Positions 17,732-28,225 of a stretch of 43,732 nt of DNA are shown here, in pieces. The position numbers and the translations under genes are program-made. Under the pieces are notes generated by a model. The model did no database searches, had not been told where the DNA came from, and was given only the letters and a program-made list of their open reading frames with translations. The stretch's first letter is position 1. Each line of letters starts with the position of its first letter. The stretch is taken from assembly GCA_015484575.1 (NCBI GenBank), contig WFND01000064.1, positions 1 to 43,732 on the forward strand, given 5' to 3'. The stretch is from Helicobacteraceae bacterium (GTDB taxonomy: Bacteria > Campylobacterota > Campylobacteria > Campylobacterales > Sulfurimonadaceae).

Positions 17732-19417
17732 TTTTTGAAACTCAATGGAGTTTTCTAAAAGCTCGTCATAAGTTCCACTATCTACTATCTTGCCGTCTTG
17801 AAATACCAAGATGTTATCTGCATGTTTTATGGTGTCAAGACGGTGGGCTATGATGATAGTTATCTTATCTTTTGCATAATTTTCTAGTGCATCTTGTATC
17901 CTCTGTTCACTTGCATTGTCCAAGGCACTTGTCGCTTCATCCAAGATAAGAAGTGAAGCGTGTTTGTATATCGCTCTTGCTATAGCAATTCTCTGTCTCT
18001 GTCCACCAGATAGATTTGCTCCAAACTCCTCCATCTGTGTATATATACCCTTATCTAAGCCCTCGGCAAATTCTAAAGCATCTGCATGTTTAAGAGCCTC
18101 ATAAACTTTGGCTTCATCTATCTCCTCACCATAGGCTACATTTGCTGCTAATGAGTCTTGAAAGATATATACACGCTGAGTAACCAAAGCTATATGATGA
18201 CGCAGTGAGTTTTGTGTATAGTTTTTTATATTTTTACCATTTACATGTAAGCTTCCGGAGCTAAGATCATAAAAACGCATAAGAAGGTTGATTATGGAAC
18301 TTTTACCGCCTCCACTATCACCTACAAGTGCGATTGTCTCTCCTGAATTTAGTTCAAAAGATATATCTTTTAGTGCCTCTTTATCTGCGTATGAGAGTGC
18401 TGCTGATTTTAATGAGATATTGTAAATATCTTCATTTAGTTTGATATAACCGTCAACTATTTTTGTCTGCGTATCTAAAACATCAAAGATTCTTTCACTA
18501 GCAGCCACAGCATCTTGAATCTTTCCATATATAGAGCCTATACGTCTAATAGGTTGAAACACAAGACCTACGGCAGTTAAAAATGCAGTAAATTCACCTA
18601 CGCTCATATTGCCACTATATACTTTTTGACCGCCTATATATATGATAGTGGCAAGACCTGACGCTGCGATAATCTCAAGCAGTGGAGAGACAAGCTCGCT
18701 AGAATATACCGATTTCATATTTATATTAAAAAAGTTCCAGTTCTCTTTTGAAAAACGCCTCATCTCATATCTCTCTGTAGCGTTTGCTTTTATAACTTCA
18801 TTATTGTTAAATACTTCCGTCAGGCGTGTTACAACATCAGCATTTTTCTCTTGAGAGCGGTGTGAGAGTTTTTTTAGACGCTTTGCTATTCGGACTAAAG
18901 GGTAGATAATTAGAGGCATAACGATAAAAGCGTAAAAAGATAAAGAGGCATCAAGGTAGATAACATATCCGACAAGTGCAACAACAGTCAGGCTCTCACG
19001 AATAAGTTCAGGTAGCATACTAGAGACAAAATACTGAACACGGTTAATATCATTTGTTACGCGGGAGATAAGCTCCCCGCTACGATTAGCATGTAAAAAC
19101 TCCATATCAAGATACAAGATTTTTTCTAAAAGCATCTCACGCAATCTTGAGATAATATGCAGACCGACATAGTTTGTATATACAGCTTGAATATAACGCC
19201 CCACAGATTTTACTATATAGATACCTATAAGTGAAAAGGGGATGATAACTAGCATGTTTGGATCTTTTGAGATAAACATCTCATCCATTAACGGCTTCAT
19301 AATATGGGCAGTAGCAGTGGTTGCAGCAACGGTTAATATAATGCCTAAAAGTACAAGAAGAAAGTGACTTTTGTACTCTCTTAAAAAAGGCCAATAACGT
19401 TTAAAAGTAAGTTTCAT
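17720..19417 (-). CDS. msbA: ABC transporter permease/ATPase, lipid A/LPS flippase MsbA-like
   Basis: 565 aa with six N-terminal TM helices. Walker A is GDSGGGKSS, the ABC signature is LSGGQRQRIAIARA, and Walker B is LLILDEATSALD. Located in an LPS cluster. Confidence 0.75.
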   Translation of the reverse strand: MKLTFKRYWPFLREYKSHFLLVLLGIILTVAATTATAHIMKPLMDEMFISKDPNMLVIIPFSLIGIYIVKSVGRYIQAVYTNYVGLHIISRLREMLLEKILYLDMEFLHANRSGELISRVTNDINRVQYFVSSMLPELIRESLTVVALVGYVIYLDASLSFYAFIVMPLIIYPLVRIAKRLKKLSHRSQEKNADVVTRLTEVFNNNEVIKANATERYEMRRFSKENWNFFNINMKSVYSSELVSPLLEIIAASGLATIIYIGGQKVYSGNMSVGEFTAFLTAVGLVFQPIRRIGSIYGKIQDAVAASERIFDVLDTQTKIVDGYIKLNEDIYNISLKSAALSYADKEALKDISFELNSGETIALVGDSGGGKSSIINLLMRFYDLSSGSLHVNGKNIKNYTQNSLRHHIALVTQRVYIFQDSLAANVAYGEEIDEAKVYEALKHADALEFAEGLDKGIYTQMEEFGANLSGGQRQRIAIARAIYKHASLLILDEATSALDNASEQRIQDALENYAKDKITIIIAHRLDTIKHADNILVFQDGKIVDSGTYDELLENSIEFQKLLK

Positions 19418-19430
19418 AAACGTATTATAG

Positions 19431-21419
19431 CTAGTTTATAGGTTTTGAGCCTTTAATAAGATATTCGCTGACGGCTAAAGAGGCTTTGTAATACTCATTG
19501 CATTTTTTTTGAAGGGGGGTTTTAGGTCTGTCTAGTTTAAATCCTCCATCGGCACTTATAATCACTCCGGCATCATTAAAACCACAATGCAAAGCTTTAA
19601 AATCTCTTAAATCTGTTCCGATAGACGTATAAGTCTGATTTGAGAGTGTAAGGTTGTATAGTGTGGGAAATATATCTTTATGTGAACCTGCAACGCTTGT
19701 GTTAATATCGTTTACATGTAAGGCAGAAGGCAGATAGAGATAAAAAGGTATTTTCTTTGTCTGTGTATAGTAATCATCATAACTCATTATCCCCTCAACC
19801 GTGTTATTGTCTCCGGTTATTGCCACGACACTGTTTTTGGCTAGAGAGCTGCTTTTAATCTTATCCATAAATCTTCCTGCCATATCGAGTGCGTACTGAT
19901 AGTCACTAAAGCGTTTATGAGCCAAATCCATATCTCCCGTGATATGTTTTTTTAACTCTTTTGAGAAGTTTAGTTTTTTTGAATTGTACTCTTTTGAGAT
20001 TATGTATGGTGGATGATTATTTGTTGTAAGTAGAAAAATAAATTGCGGTTTTTTAGAGTTTTTTAGCTTTTTAAGTACAAAATCGTAGCTGTATTTGTCA
20101 TAGATACCCCAATCATGATAGGCATCTTTACTCTTTACATGTAAGGCTTTTGAGATAGCGGCTTTTCCATAAGTATGCTCAAAACCTTGACGACTCATAA
20201 AGCTCCCGACATTACGCCAAGACAGATCTCCGCCATAAACAAAACTCGTCTCATATCCGGCATCTTTGTAAACCCTTGCAGATGCTTGTTTAAAAGAGGT
20301 GTTTAGATACTTGCTTTGAGCAAAAGATGTGCTTTGTGGACGTGCTGTTATATTTAGTAAAAGTGGTTCAAGCGAGACTATAGTACCATTTGAAGCAGAG
20401 ATAAAATTTGTAAAAACCGTATCTTCGTCAAAATGTTTTTTTAATCTTCGCAATATATCAAACTTTTCACTTTGATACTTCAAGATTGGCAATCCAAAAC
20501 TCTCAACCATCACAACGACAACATTTGGAGGATTTTTTTCAAGATAGCTGTTTTTTGGTGTACTTTTCTCAAGATTTTTGATGAGGTTACTCTCATCTAT
20601 GGGTGCTCTTACATGTAAGGCAAAAGCTCTGTTTATTTTACCCTTGTAGCCACTCATTTTGATTAAATCATAGCTTCCGTCTTTACTTTTTGAGTATTGA
20701 TCGTAAGCATCAACCATAGCATAAACGGCATTTTTAGGCAACTTGTTTATTAGCGGGTCATCTGAAACATCGGCTATGTCTTTTGCTAAAGGAAACAGAC
20801 CGATAGAGCCGCGACCGATAAGAGAAACAGCCACTATTAAAAGTAGAAAAAATCCTGCTTGAAGAGAGACAGTAGCCTCTTTGGAAGATAGAGAGGGGCG
20901 TCTGTTTAACATATAAGAGATATATCTGTATAAAGCGATAAGATATGAGATACCAAAGAGCGTAAAAAGAGGAAGATTGTAGTTTTTTTTGGCAATTTCA
21001 AAAAGTGCTTTTGTATCATCATCTATAATTCCAAAAATCATCAGGGTGATATGTTCTGAAAAAAATGAAAAATAGCCTATATCCATAATCATCAAGATAG
21101 TGATTAGCGTGAGCGTAACAAAAAGATAGTATTTAAACAGAGAGTAGCTTTTTTCTATAATAGAGTGAAGTCTAAGTATCCATAAAAACAGCAGATACAG
21201 AGTGGGTAGAGCCATAACATAGGCTAAAATACTTGCATCAAGTCTTAAACCCAGAAAAAGAGCCCAAAAGAGATCTAAATAACTCTCTAAGCCTTTTGCG
21301 GCGTAGTTGATAAATAGATAGATACGAACAAGACTCATAAGAGCTAAAAATGAGAGCAAGACTATAAAAATAGAGAGTAGTTGGCGTTTTACATGTAAAA
21401 ATGGATTGATATGTTTCAT
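19431..21419 (-). CDS. LtaS-family (sulfatase-fold) membrane phospho-transferase, paralogue 1
   Basis: 662 aa with a polytopic N-terminus plus an extracytoplasmic sulfatase domain (VVVVMVESFG, TTNNHPPY, ITGDNN). Carries four copies of TTACATGTAA. Confidence 0.75.
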   Translation of the reverse strand: MKHINPFLHVKRQLLSIFIVLLSFLALMSLVRIYLFINYAAKGLESYLDLFWALFLGLRLDASILAYVMALPTLYLLFLWILRLHSIIEKSYSLFKYYLFVTLTLITILMIMDIGYFSFFSEHITLMIFGIIDDDTKALFEIAKKNYNLPLFTLFGISYLIALYRYISYMLNRRPSLSSKEATVSLQAGFFLLLIVAVSLIGRGSIGLFPLAKDIADVSDDPLINKLPKNAVYAMVDAYDQYSKSKDGSYDLIKMSGYKGKINRAFALHVRAPIDESNLIKNLEKSTPKNSYLEKNPPNVVVVMVESFGLPILKYQSEKFDILRRLKKHFDEDTVFTNFISASNGTIVSLEPLLLNITARPQSTSFAQSKYLNTSFKQASARVYKDAGYETSFVYGGDLSWRNVGSFMSRQGFEHTYGKAAISKALHVKSKDAYHDWGIYDKYSYDFVLKKLKNSKKPQFIFLLTTNNHPPYIISKEYNSKKLNFSKELKKHITGDMDLAHKRFSDYQYALDMAGRFMDKIKSSSLAKNSVVAITGDNNTVEGIMSYDDYYTQTKKIPFYLYLPSALHVNDINTSVAGSHKDIFPTLYNLTLSNQTYTSIGTDLRDFKALHCGFNDAGVIISADGGFKLDRPKTPLQKKCNEYYKASLAVSEYLIKGSKPIN

Positions 21420-21500
21420 TAAAAGTAACTGCTTCCTTAATAGACTTGTTAGGACATAATCTATATTATAACTAAGACTTCTTAAGAGTAGTACAATTTT

Positions 21501-21509
21501 TGCTATAAT
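21501..21509 (+). promoter_or_regulatory. Extended -10 promoter element TGCTATAAT for the plus-strand LtaS-family gene
   Basis: TGnTATAAT match at 21501-21509 in the divergent 115-bp intergenic region. It contains the ORF-track ATG at 21508, which argues that the real start is 21535. Confidence 0.45.
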
Positions 21510-21534
21510 GGCATCAATATTTTTAAGGATTTCA

Positions 21535-23550
21535 ATGCAAAAGTTCTCTTGTGAAAAGATACCTCCGTTTTTACGGATGTTTTTTGTCTTACTCTTTCGT
21601 ATAACAGCTCTGTTTTTTCTACTTCATCTTATCTTCTATTATGTTTTTGAGCCAAAAGAGTCACCTTTAAGCTCTTCTGATTTGATGACAGCTCTTTGGT
21701 TGGGGTTTAGATTTGATTTGCGAGTAGCTATAGCTCTGCTTTTACCTCTGTTTTTTATAGGGTGGATACCTCTTATATCTCCTCTGCGTTCTGTAGTATT
21801 TCGTAAGATTTGGGTTGTTGTTATAACTTTGGGATTTAGCTTTATAGCTTTGGTATATGCGGTAGATTTTGGACATTATGCGTATCTCTCAAGACGTCTC
21901 GATTTTACGGCTATGAGGTTTTTGCAAGACGCTGCTATCTCTGCACAGATGCTCTGGGAGAGCTATCATATTGTCTGGATTTTGATAGGATATGCGGCAT
22001 CTATCAGGCTCTTTTATTTTATGCTAAATTACCATTTTGAATACTATTCAAAAATAAAAGCGGTTAAATTGTCAAAGATGAAACTTTTTGTTATCTCTTT
22101 CATCTCTTTTTGGTTGGTTGTTATAGGAGCATACTCAAAACTTTCTCAATACCCTCTGCGTTGGTCAGATGCTGCATTTTCAAAACACCCTTTTGCTGCA
22201 CAACTTACATACAACCCTGTTCACTATCTGTTTGACACATGGAAAAACGGACGTGTCAATTTTAACATAGCTCAAACAAAAAAAGCTTATCCGACAATGG
22301 CAGAATATTTAGATGTTGACAATCCAGATCAAGAGAAGTTAAATTATGTAAGAAAAGTTGATGTAAAACCTCTGGCAAAAAAACCAAATGTAGTGCTGAT
22401 TTTGGTGGAATCTTACGCTGCATACAAGACCTCTATGTCAGGAAATCCACTAAATCCCACTCCATACACGAACAAGATGGCAAAAGAGGGTATCTATTTT
22501 CCAAACTATTTTACACCTTCAACAGGAACGGCACGTTCAGTGTTTACCATGATAACATCTATGCCGGATGTAGAACTAAAAGGCACATCTAGCCGTAACC
22601 CTCTTATAGTTGACCAACACACCATAATGAATGAGTTTGATGGATATGAGAAGTTTTACTTTATAGGCGGCTCTGCGTCATGGGGAAATATACGTGGAAT
22701 TTTAAGTAAAAATATAGACTCTCTTCATCTGTATGAGGAGAAAGATTATGATGCTCCTAGAAATGATGTCTGGGGTGTTTCGGATATAGATATGTTTATC
22801 GAGGCGGACAAAGTTTTAAAACGTCAGAAAAAACCGTTTTTTGCTATCATTCAGACATCAGGAGATCATCGCCCTTATACTATGCCTGATAAAACTTACG
22901 GCTTTAAAACAAAACATATAGATAAAGAAAAGGCAAATCGTTACGGTTTTGAGACAGAAAAAGAGTACAACTCTTATCGTCTTATGGATTACTCTATAGG
23001 ATATTTTATACAATTAGCAAAAAAATCCGGATATGCCGATAACACTATATTTGCTTTTTGGGGTGATCACGGTATAAACGGATATGCAGGTGAACACAGC
23101 TATAAAGGCGAGAGTACATCAGAGCTGGTTTTAGGCTCACATCGTGTACCTTTTGTTATATATTCGCCAAAACTTATAAAACCGCAAGTTGTTAAGAAAA
23201 CAGCTTCAGAGGTAGATGTTATGCCTACTATAGCAGCTCTAGCAGGGCAGTCATACAGCATACAGACTATGGGACGAGACCTTTTTGACAGTAGATATGA
23301 TGATAAGCAGGGAGCTTTTACTATTAGACACGGCAACCAGCCTTTTATAGGGATGGTATCTGGAAATTACTACTTTTTAAGACACTATGGAGTAGATGAA
23401 GGGGCTTTACATGTAATAGATTCCAACACACCGCAAAAAGATGTGTCAGCCGAGCATAAAGAGCTATTTGAAAAGTTGAAAAACTTAACAAACAGTTACT
23501 ATAAAACAGCACAGTATATGCTCTATCACAACAAGAGGATAGCTAAATGA
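21535..23550 (+). CDS. LtaS-family (sulfatase-fold) membrane phospho-transferase, paralogue 2
   Basis: Start at the ATG at 21535 (MQKFSC...) with AAGGA 5 nt upstream. Polytopic N-terminus plus a sulfatase domain ([26 protein letters not shown]). Confidence 0.75.
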   Translation: MQKFSCEKIPPFLRMFFVLLFRITALFFLLHLIFYYVFEPKESPLSSSDLMTALWLGFRFDLRVAIALLLPLFFIGWIPLISPLRSVVFRKIWVVVITLGFSFIALVYAVDFGHYAYLSRRLDFTAMRFLQDAAISAQMLWESYHIVWILIGYAASIRLFYFMLNYHFEYYSKIKAVKLSKMKLFVISFISFWLVVIGAYSKLSQYPLRWSDAAFSKHPFAAQLTYNPVHYLFDTWKNGRVNFNIAQTKKAYPTMAEYLDVDNPDQEKLNYVRKVDVKPLAKKPNVVLILVESYAAYKTSMSGNPLNPTPYTNKMAKEGIYFPNYFTPSTGTARSVFTMITSMPDVELKGTSSRNPLIVDQHTIMNEFDGYEKFYFIGGSASWGNIRGILSKNIDSLHLYEEKDYDAPRNDVWGVSDIDMFIEADKVLKRQKKPFFAIIQTSGDHRPYTMPDKTYGFKTKHIDKEKANRYGFETEKEYNSYRLMDYSIGYFIQLAKKSGYADNTIFAFWGDHGINGYAGEHSYKGESTSELVLGSHRVPFVIYSPKLIKPQVVKKTASEVDVMPTIAALAGQSYSIQTMGRDLFDSRYDDKQGAFTIRHGNQPFIGMVSGNYYFLRHYGVDEGALHVIDSNTPQKDVSAEHKELFEKLKNLTNSYYKTAQYMLYHNKRIAK

Positions 23551-24482
23551 AAAAACGTATCTTAGTAACGGGTGGAGCCGGTTTCTTAGGCTCTCATCTA
23601 TGTGAAAGACTTCTAAAAGAAGGTAACGATGTTATCTGTTTGGATAACTTTTTCACAGGAGATAAAAAAAATATAGAGCATCTGATGGATAATAAATATT
23701 TTGAGTTGGTGCGTCATGATGTGAGTGAGCCTATCTCTTTAGAGGTGGATGAGATATACAATCTTGCCTGTCCCGCATCTCCTCCGCACTATCAGTTTGA
23801 TCCGGTTCAGACAACAATTACCTCTGTTATGGGTGCTATCAATATGCTAGATATTGCAAGACGTACAAAGGCAAAAATACTTCAGGCTTCAACAAGTGAA
23901 GTGTATGGAGACCCAGAGATTCACCCACAACCAGAGAGCTATAAAGGCTCTGTCAGTACGACAGGAATCCGTGCCTGTTATGATGAGGGAAAACGATGTG
24001 CCGAGACTCTATTTTTTGATTATTACCGTCAATATGGAGTAGATATTAAAGTTGTCCGTATATTTAACACTTACGGCTCAAATATGAATCCTTATGATGG
24101 ACGTGTAGTTTCAAACTTTATAGTTCAGGCTATAAAAGGTGAAGATATAACTATATACGGTGACGGTATGCAGACACGCTCATTTTGTTATGTTGATGAT
24201 TTGGTCGATTCAATGATACGTATGATGAACTCTCGTGATGGTTTTACAGGTCCTGTAAATGTAGGAAATCCGGGTGAATTTACCATGTTGGAATTAGCTC
24301 AAAAAGTCATATCTCTAACAGGTTCAAACTCGAAAATTATTCATCTACCGCTTCCACAAGATGACCCTATGCAACGCCAACCGGATATTACTTTGGCAAA
24401 AAAAGAGCTAAATTGGGAGCCGCATGTAAGCTTGGAAGAGGGACTGAAAAAGACTATTGAGTATTTTAAAGAGGTGATTTGA
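23547..24482 (+). CDS. UDP-glucuronate decarboxylase (UDP-xylose synthase, UXS type SDR)
   Basis: 311 aa. Contains [55 protein letters not shown] and VRIFNTYG, which are near-canonical UXS motifs. Confidence 0.9.
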   Translation: MKKRILVTGGAGFLGSHLCERLLKEGNDVICLDNFFTGDKKNIEHLMDNKYFELVRHDVSEPISLEVDEIYNLACPASPPHYQFDPVQTTITSVMGAINMLDIARRTKAKILQASTSEVYGDPEIHPQPESYKGSVSTTGIRACYDEGKRCAETLFFDYYRQYGVDIKVVRIFNTYGSNMNPYDGRVVSNFIVQAIKGEDITIYGDGMQTRSFCYVDDLVDSMIRMMNSRDGFTGPVNVGNPGEFTMLELAQKVISLTGSNSKIIHLPLPQDDPMQRQPDITLAKKELNWEPHVSLEEGLKKTIEYFKEVI

Positions 24483-25296
24483 GTATTCCATCAAGACAAA
24501 AAACTTCACCGTGATTTTGTTTTAACTTCATAAGCTCAAAATTTTTTCTGTGAGCCTCTCTTCTATCAGCTCTTGGATGGTTTAGATGGAGCAGATTTGC
24601 CGCATATTTGCAAGATCTGTTCTGTACGCCTATGGCATTTAATCTCCACTCTATATCTACATCATCAGCCACATCTCCGGAGGGGTATGACTCATCAAAA
24701 CCGTTTATTTTTAAAATATCTTCTTTATATACAGAAAAATTACAGCCGACAAGACGTCTTTTTTTATCTAAAATCTTTATGATAAAGTTGTAAAAAGCAG
24801 AAGCGGGATATAGAAACAGACCCTGCTCTATATGACGTGCTTTATCATCTTTCATCTGCCTGTAAAATGAGAAGAAATTCCTCTCTATCGTATTTACATG
24901 TAACTCTTCATTTCGTAATTTTTTGCTTAGTTTATCGCCTAGATTTACTCTGCGTCCACATAAAACAGTCTCTTTTTGCATAAGCTTTACATGAGCTTCA
25001 ACAAAGGTGCTGTAAGGCAGACAATCACCGTCAAAAAATATAAGATACTCTCCCTCACTCAATTTTATAGAACCATTTAGTGCTTTTGCTTTTCTCCAGC
25101 CTCTGTCTTTATGGTGATAATGTTTTATTTTGAAGTTAAATTTTGCAGATTTTATATATTTTGCTACCTCTGCATCTTCATCATCTTCAGCAACAATAAC
25201 TTCAAAATTTTTATATGTCTGCATATTTAAAGCGTTGAAGATAAGTTTTAAAGCCTGTAAATCTTTGTATGTAGGTACAATTACGCTTATTAACAT
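24466..25296 (-). CDS. Glycosyltransferase family 2
   Basis: The N-terminus [10 protein letters not shown] ... FEVIVAEDD ... FFDGDC has the GT-A/GT2 DXD pattern. Its 3' end overlaps the convergent UXS gene by 17 nt. Confidence 0.8.
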   Translation of the reverse strand: MLISVIVPTYKDLQALKLIFNALNMQTYKNFEVIVAEDDEDAEVAKYIKSAKFNFKIKHYHHKDRGWRKAKALNGSIKLSEGEYLIFFDGDCLPYSTFVEAHVKLMQKETVLCGRRVNLGDKLSKKLRNEELHVNTIERNFFSFYRQMKDDKARHIEQGLFLYPASAFYNFIIKILDKKRRLVGCNFSVYKEDILKINGFDESYPSGDVADDVDIEWRLNAIGVQNRSCKYAANLLHLNHPRADRREAHRKNFELMKLKQNHGEVFCLDGILKSPL

Positions 25297-26396
25297 CAGA
25301 GAGTCTCTAATATTTTTGAGAGTTTTACAAACTGTTTTGTATCTGAAAATTTCTCTTGTGACTTCTTCATGCCTTTATGGGCTAGAGCCTCTCTTAGGGT
25401 GTCGTCACCGTATAGCTTTTTTATAGCACCAGCTAGTGAAGTGACACTTCCTTGTTCAAAAAGAAGACCATTAACCCCATCATCAATAATCTCAACAACA
25501 CCACCGCTATTTGAGCCTATAACCGCACTGCCAACCTGCATAGCCTCTATCAAAACAAGCCCAAAAGTTTCACGCTTTGAGGCTAAGACAACAACATCAG
25601 CCATCTGGTAAAAGTGGTGAGGGTTTTTCATAAAGCCTAGAAAATGAATACGACTGCTTACACTTAGCTCCTCAGCCATTTTCTTAAGAGAATCTACATA
25701 TCCTTTTTTCATCTCGTGACCTACAAAATAGGCGTGTACCGCACTATCTTCTATCTCTGCAATGGCCTTTATCAGTAAATGTTGTCCTTTTGCTTCATTT
25801 ATACGACCTACCATACCGACTACAAATTGATTATCCATGCCAAATTCTGTACGTTTTTTATCTATCTCTTTTACATGTAAGAGTTCAGGCTTATCCGAAC
25901 CCATATATAAAACTTCAATCTCCGGACGTATATCTTTAGGAATAAATTTCTCTAGCTGGGCTTTTACTTGATGAGTGACAGGCAGCATCAGGTCTATGTT
26001 TTTATATAAAAAACGGTGATAAAAATCATCTTTGAAGCGTGTCATTGTCATATTTCTAGTCTGCACAAGTTTAGGCTTGTGTGTAGATAATATCTTTGCT
26101 AATACGGCTATGGGAATATCTTTGCTCCAGTGAAGATGAAGTACATCTATCTTGTTTTTATCTATAATATCTGCCAACTTTTTAGCTGCTAAAAACATAA
26201 ATATATTTGATTTTTTCTCTATCATCTCATAAGCATATCTGCCATCTTTGTAGTATTGTTGCAGTTTTCCTTTTGAGTTTATTACACTTATTACATGTAA
26301 AGAGTCATCTAGTGCTTTTGCAGATCTAACCATATACAGCTCTAAGCCTCCCAAGTCCGGGGAAAGGCATAGCTCTAGTAGATTTTTTTTACTCAT
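25296..26396 (-). CDS. Glycosyltransferase family 4 (GT-B, group 1)
   Basis: 366 aa. The C-terminal half (VVLASKRETFGLVLIEAMQVGSAVIGSNSGGVVEII) carries the GT1/GT4 E-x7-E region. Confidence 0.8.
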   Translation of the reverse strand: MSKKNLLELCLSPDLGGLELYMVRSAKALDDSLHVISVINSKGKLQQYYKDGRYAYEMIEKKSNIFMFLAAKKLADIIDKNKIDVLHLHWSKDIPIAVLAKILSTHKPKLVQTRNMTMTRFKDDFYHRFLYKNIDLMLPVTHQVKAQLEKFIPKDIRPEIEVLYMGSDKPELLHVKEIDKKRTEFGMDNQFVVGMVGRINEAKGQHLLIKAIAEIEDSAVHAYFVGHEMKKGYVDSLKKMAEELSVSSRIHFLGFMKNPHHFYQMADVVVLASKRETFGLVLIEAMQVGSAVIGSNSGGVVEIIDDGVNGLLFEQGSVTSLAGAIKKLYGDDTLREALAHKGMKKSQEKFSDTKQFVKLSKILETL

Positions 26397-27135
26397 TTTC
26401 TTGCATCTCCAGTATTAAAGCGTATTTCATATATGAGCTAAATGAAGAGATAACCGCAACATTTAGACCATCAATTCCGTGAAAGATACCGCCTTTTAAG
26501 ATAAGTGCTTTAAACAACGCACCAAACCCATGCGTGAATGGGTCGAAAACAGAAGCCCTTTTGCCATTTTCATAAGCTATCTTTGCACCTCTTGTTATAA
26601 ATTTGTGTGTTGTTTTTATCATGTGTGAGTAGTTTTCATACGAGTAGTGAAGCATATGTGCATCTAAATCTTTTATCTTATCACACTCGACTTTTGCATG
26701 TCCACCGGCAGTTGAAAATGAGCATTTTTCTCTATCGTAGAGTCTTGTGACACGATCCGGATACCAGAGTTTTATAAATTTTTTGCCTACAAAAGTTTTT
26801 CTTGCAAAGGAGAAGGCACTATAAGGCGTCTTTTCAAGATTTAGCTCTTTTATGGCTTTTATAGCGTCACTGTCCAAACGTTCATCTGCATCTATGCTAA
26901 GTATCCAGTTGTGTTTTGCAAGTGGTGCGCCAAAAGCTTTTTGAGCACCATCTCCTAGATACTTCTGTTTTATAACTTTAGCACCCATAGACTCTGCTAT
27001 CATACAGGTGTCATCACTACTGTATGAGTCTATAACTAAAACTTCATCACAGACCTCTTGAACGGACAAGATAGACTCTTTTATGTTTTTTTCTTCGTTT
27101 AAGGTGATTATATTTGCGGTAATTTTCTGTTTCAT
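26389..27135 (-). CDS. Glycosyltransferase family 2 (LPS-core WaaE/KdtX-like)
   Basis: 248 aa. ITANIITLNEEKNIKESILS ... VIDSYSSDDT ... SIDADE resembles small LPS-core GT2 enzymes. Confidence 0.7.
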   Translation of the reverse strand: MKQKITANIITLNEEKNIKESILSVQEVCDEVLVIDSYSSDDTCMIAESMGAKVIKQKYLGDGAQKAFGAPLAKHNWILSIDADERLDSDAIKAIKELNLEKTPYSAFSFARKTFVGKKFIKLWYPDRVTRLYDREKCSFSTAGGHAKVECDKIKDLDAHMLHYSYENYSHMIKTTHKFITRGAKIAYENGKRASVFDPFTHGFGALFKALILKGGIFHGIDGLNVAVISSFSSYMKYALILEMQENE

Positions 27136-27190
27136 ATACTTGATTTTATCCTATAAGTGGTAAAATTACAAAATTTAAAAAGGAAAATTT

Positions 27191-28225
27191 ATGAAATATT
27201 TGGTAACAGGAAGTGCAGGTTTCATAGGATTTTTCTTAACCAAAAGAGTTCTTGAGCGTGGTGATGAAGTTGTCGGCATAGACAATCTTAACGAATATTA
27301 TGATGTAAATTTAAAATTAGGACGACTAAAAGAGTTGGGTGTTGAAGATATAAAAGGTGGAAAATCATCAAAATACAGCAACTTTAGATTTAAAAAGATA
27401 GATATTTCCGATGATAAGTCCATGCAAGAGCTTTTTGAAAAAGAGAAGTTTGATGGAGTCTGTCATTTGGCGGCACAGGCAGGTGTGCGTTACTCACTAG
27501 AAAATCCTCACGTATATGTACAGAGCAATATTGTAGGATTTTTAAATATCTTAGAGGGGTGTCGTCATAGCGGAGTAAAAAATCTGGTTTTTGCATCTAG
27601 TTCATCTATCTACGGGTTAAATAAATCACAACCGTTTAGGACAACAGACAGCACAAACCACCCTGTAAGCCTCTACGCTGCAACCAAAAAATCAAATGAG
27701 ATGATGGCACACACTTACGCTCATCTTTACGGCATAAGAACTTCGGGAGTCCGCTTTTTTACCGTTTATGGACCGTGGGGACGACCAGATATGGCTCCTA
27801 TGTTATTTAGTGATGCTATTTTAAACGACAGAGCTATTAAGGTTTTTAATCACGGAAAGATGAGTCGTGATTTTACATATGTCGGAGATATAGTAGATGG
27901 TCTGATTAAGATAATAGACAATCCGGCAAAATCAGATAAATCATGGGACGCTTATCATCCAAACGTGAGTACATCATCAGCACCATACAGAATATATAAC
28001 ATAGGAAATAACAGACATATAAGTCTAATGCGTTTTATTGAGATATTAGAAGATGAACTCGGAAAAAAGGCAAAAAAAGAGATGTTGCCTATGCAAGATG
28101 GAGATGTGGAGTCCACTTATGCTGATGTTACAGATCTTATACAAGAGTTTGATTATAGACCATCTACTGAGTTAAAAGATGGCATAAAAGCTTTCGTAAA
28201 GTGGTATAAAGAGTTTTATCTATGA
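27191..28225 (+). CDS. NAD-dependent UDP-glucuronate 4-epimerase (makes UDP-galacturonate)
   Basis: VTGSAGFIGFFLTKRVLERGDEVVGIDNLNEYYDVNLKLGRL, YAATKKSNEMMAHTYAHLYG and RFFTVYGPWGRPDMA are hallmarks of the CapI/WbnF UDP-GlcA 4-epimerase clade. Confidence 0.8.
   Translation: MKYLVTGSAGFIGFFLTKRVLERGDEVVGIDNLNEYYDVNLKLGRLKELGVEDIKGGKSSKYSNFRFKKIDISDDKSMQELFEKEKFDGVCHLAAQAGVRYSLENPHVYVQSNIVGFLNILEGCRHSGVKNLVFASSSSIYGLNKSQPFRTTDSTNHPVSLYAATKKSNEMMAHTYAHLYGIRTSGVRFFTVYGPWGRPDMAPMLFSDAILNDRAIKVFNHGKMSRDFTYVGDIVDGLIKIIDNPAKSDKSWDAYHPNVSTSSAPYRIYNIGNNRHISLMRFIEILEDELGKKAKKEMLPMQDGDVESTYADVTDLIQEFDYRPSTELKDGIKAFVKWYKEFYL

Noticed and set aside
24466-24482. 17-nt convergent overlap of the UXS gene and the GT2 gene 3' ends, with no terminator between them.
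   Set aside because: Both stops are unambiguous from the translations. Small convergent overlaps occur in compact genomes and nothing further is encoded there.
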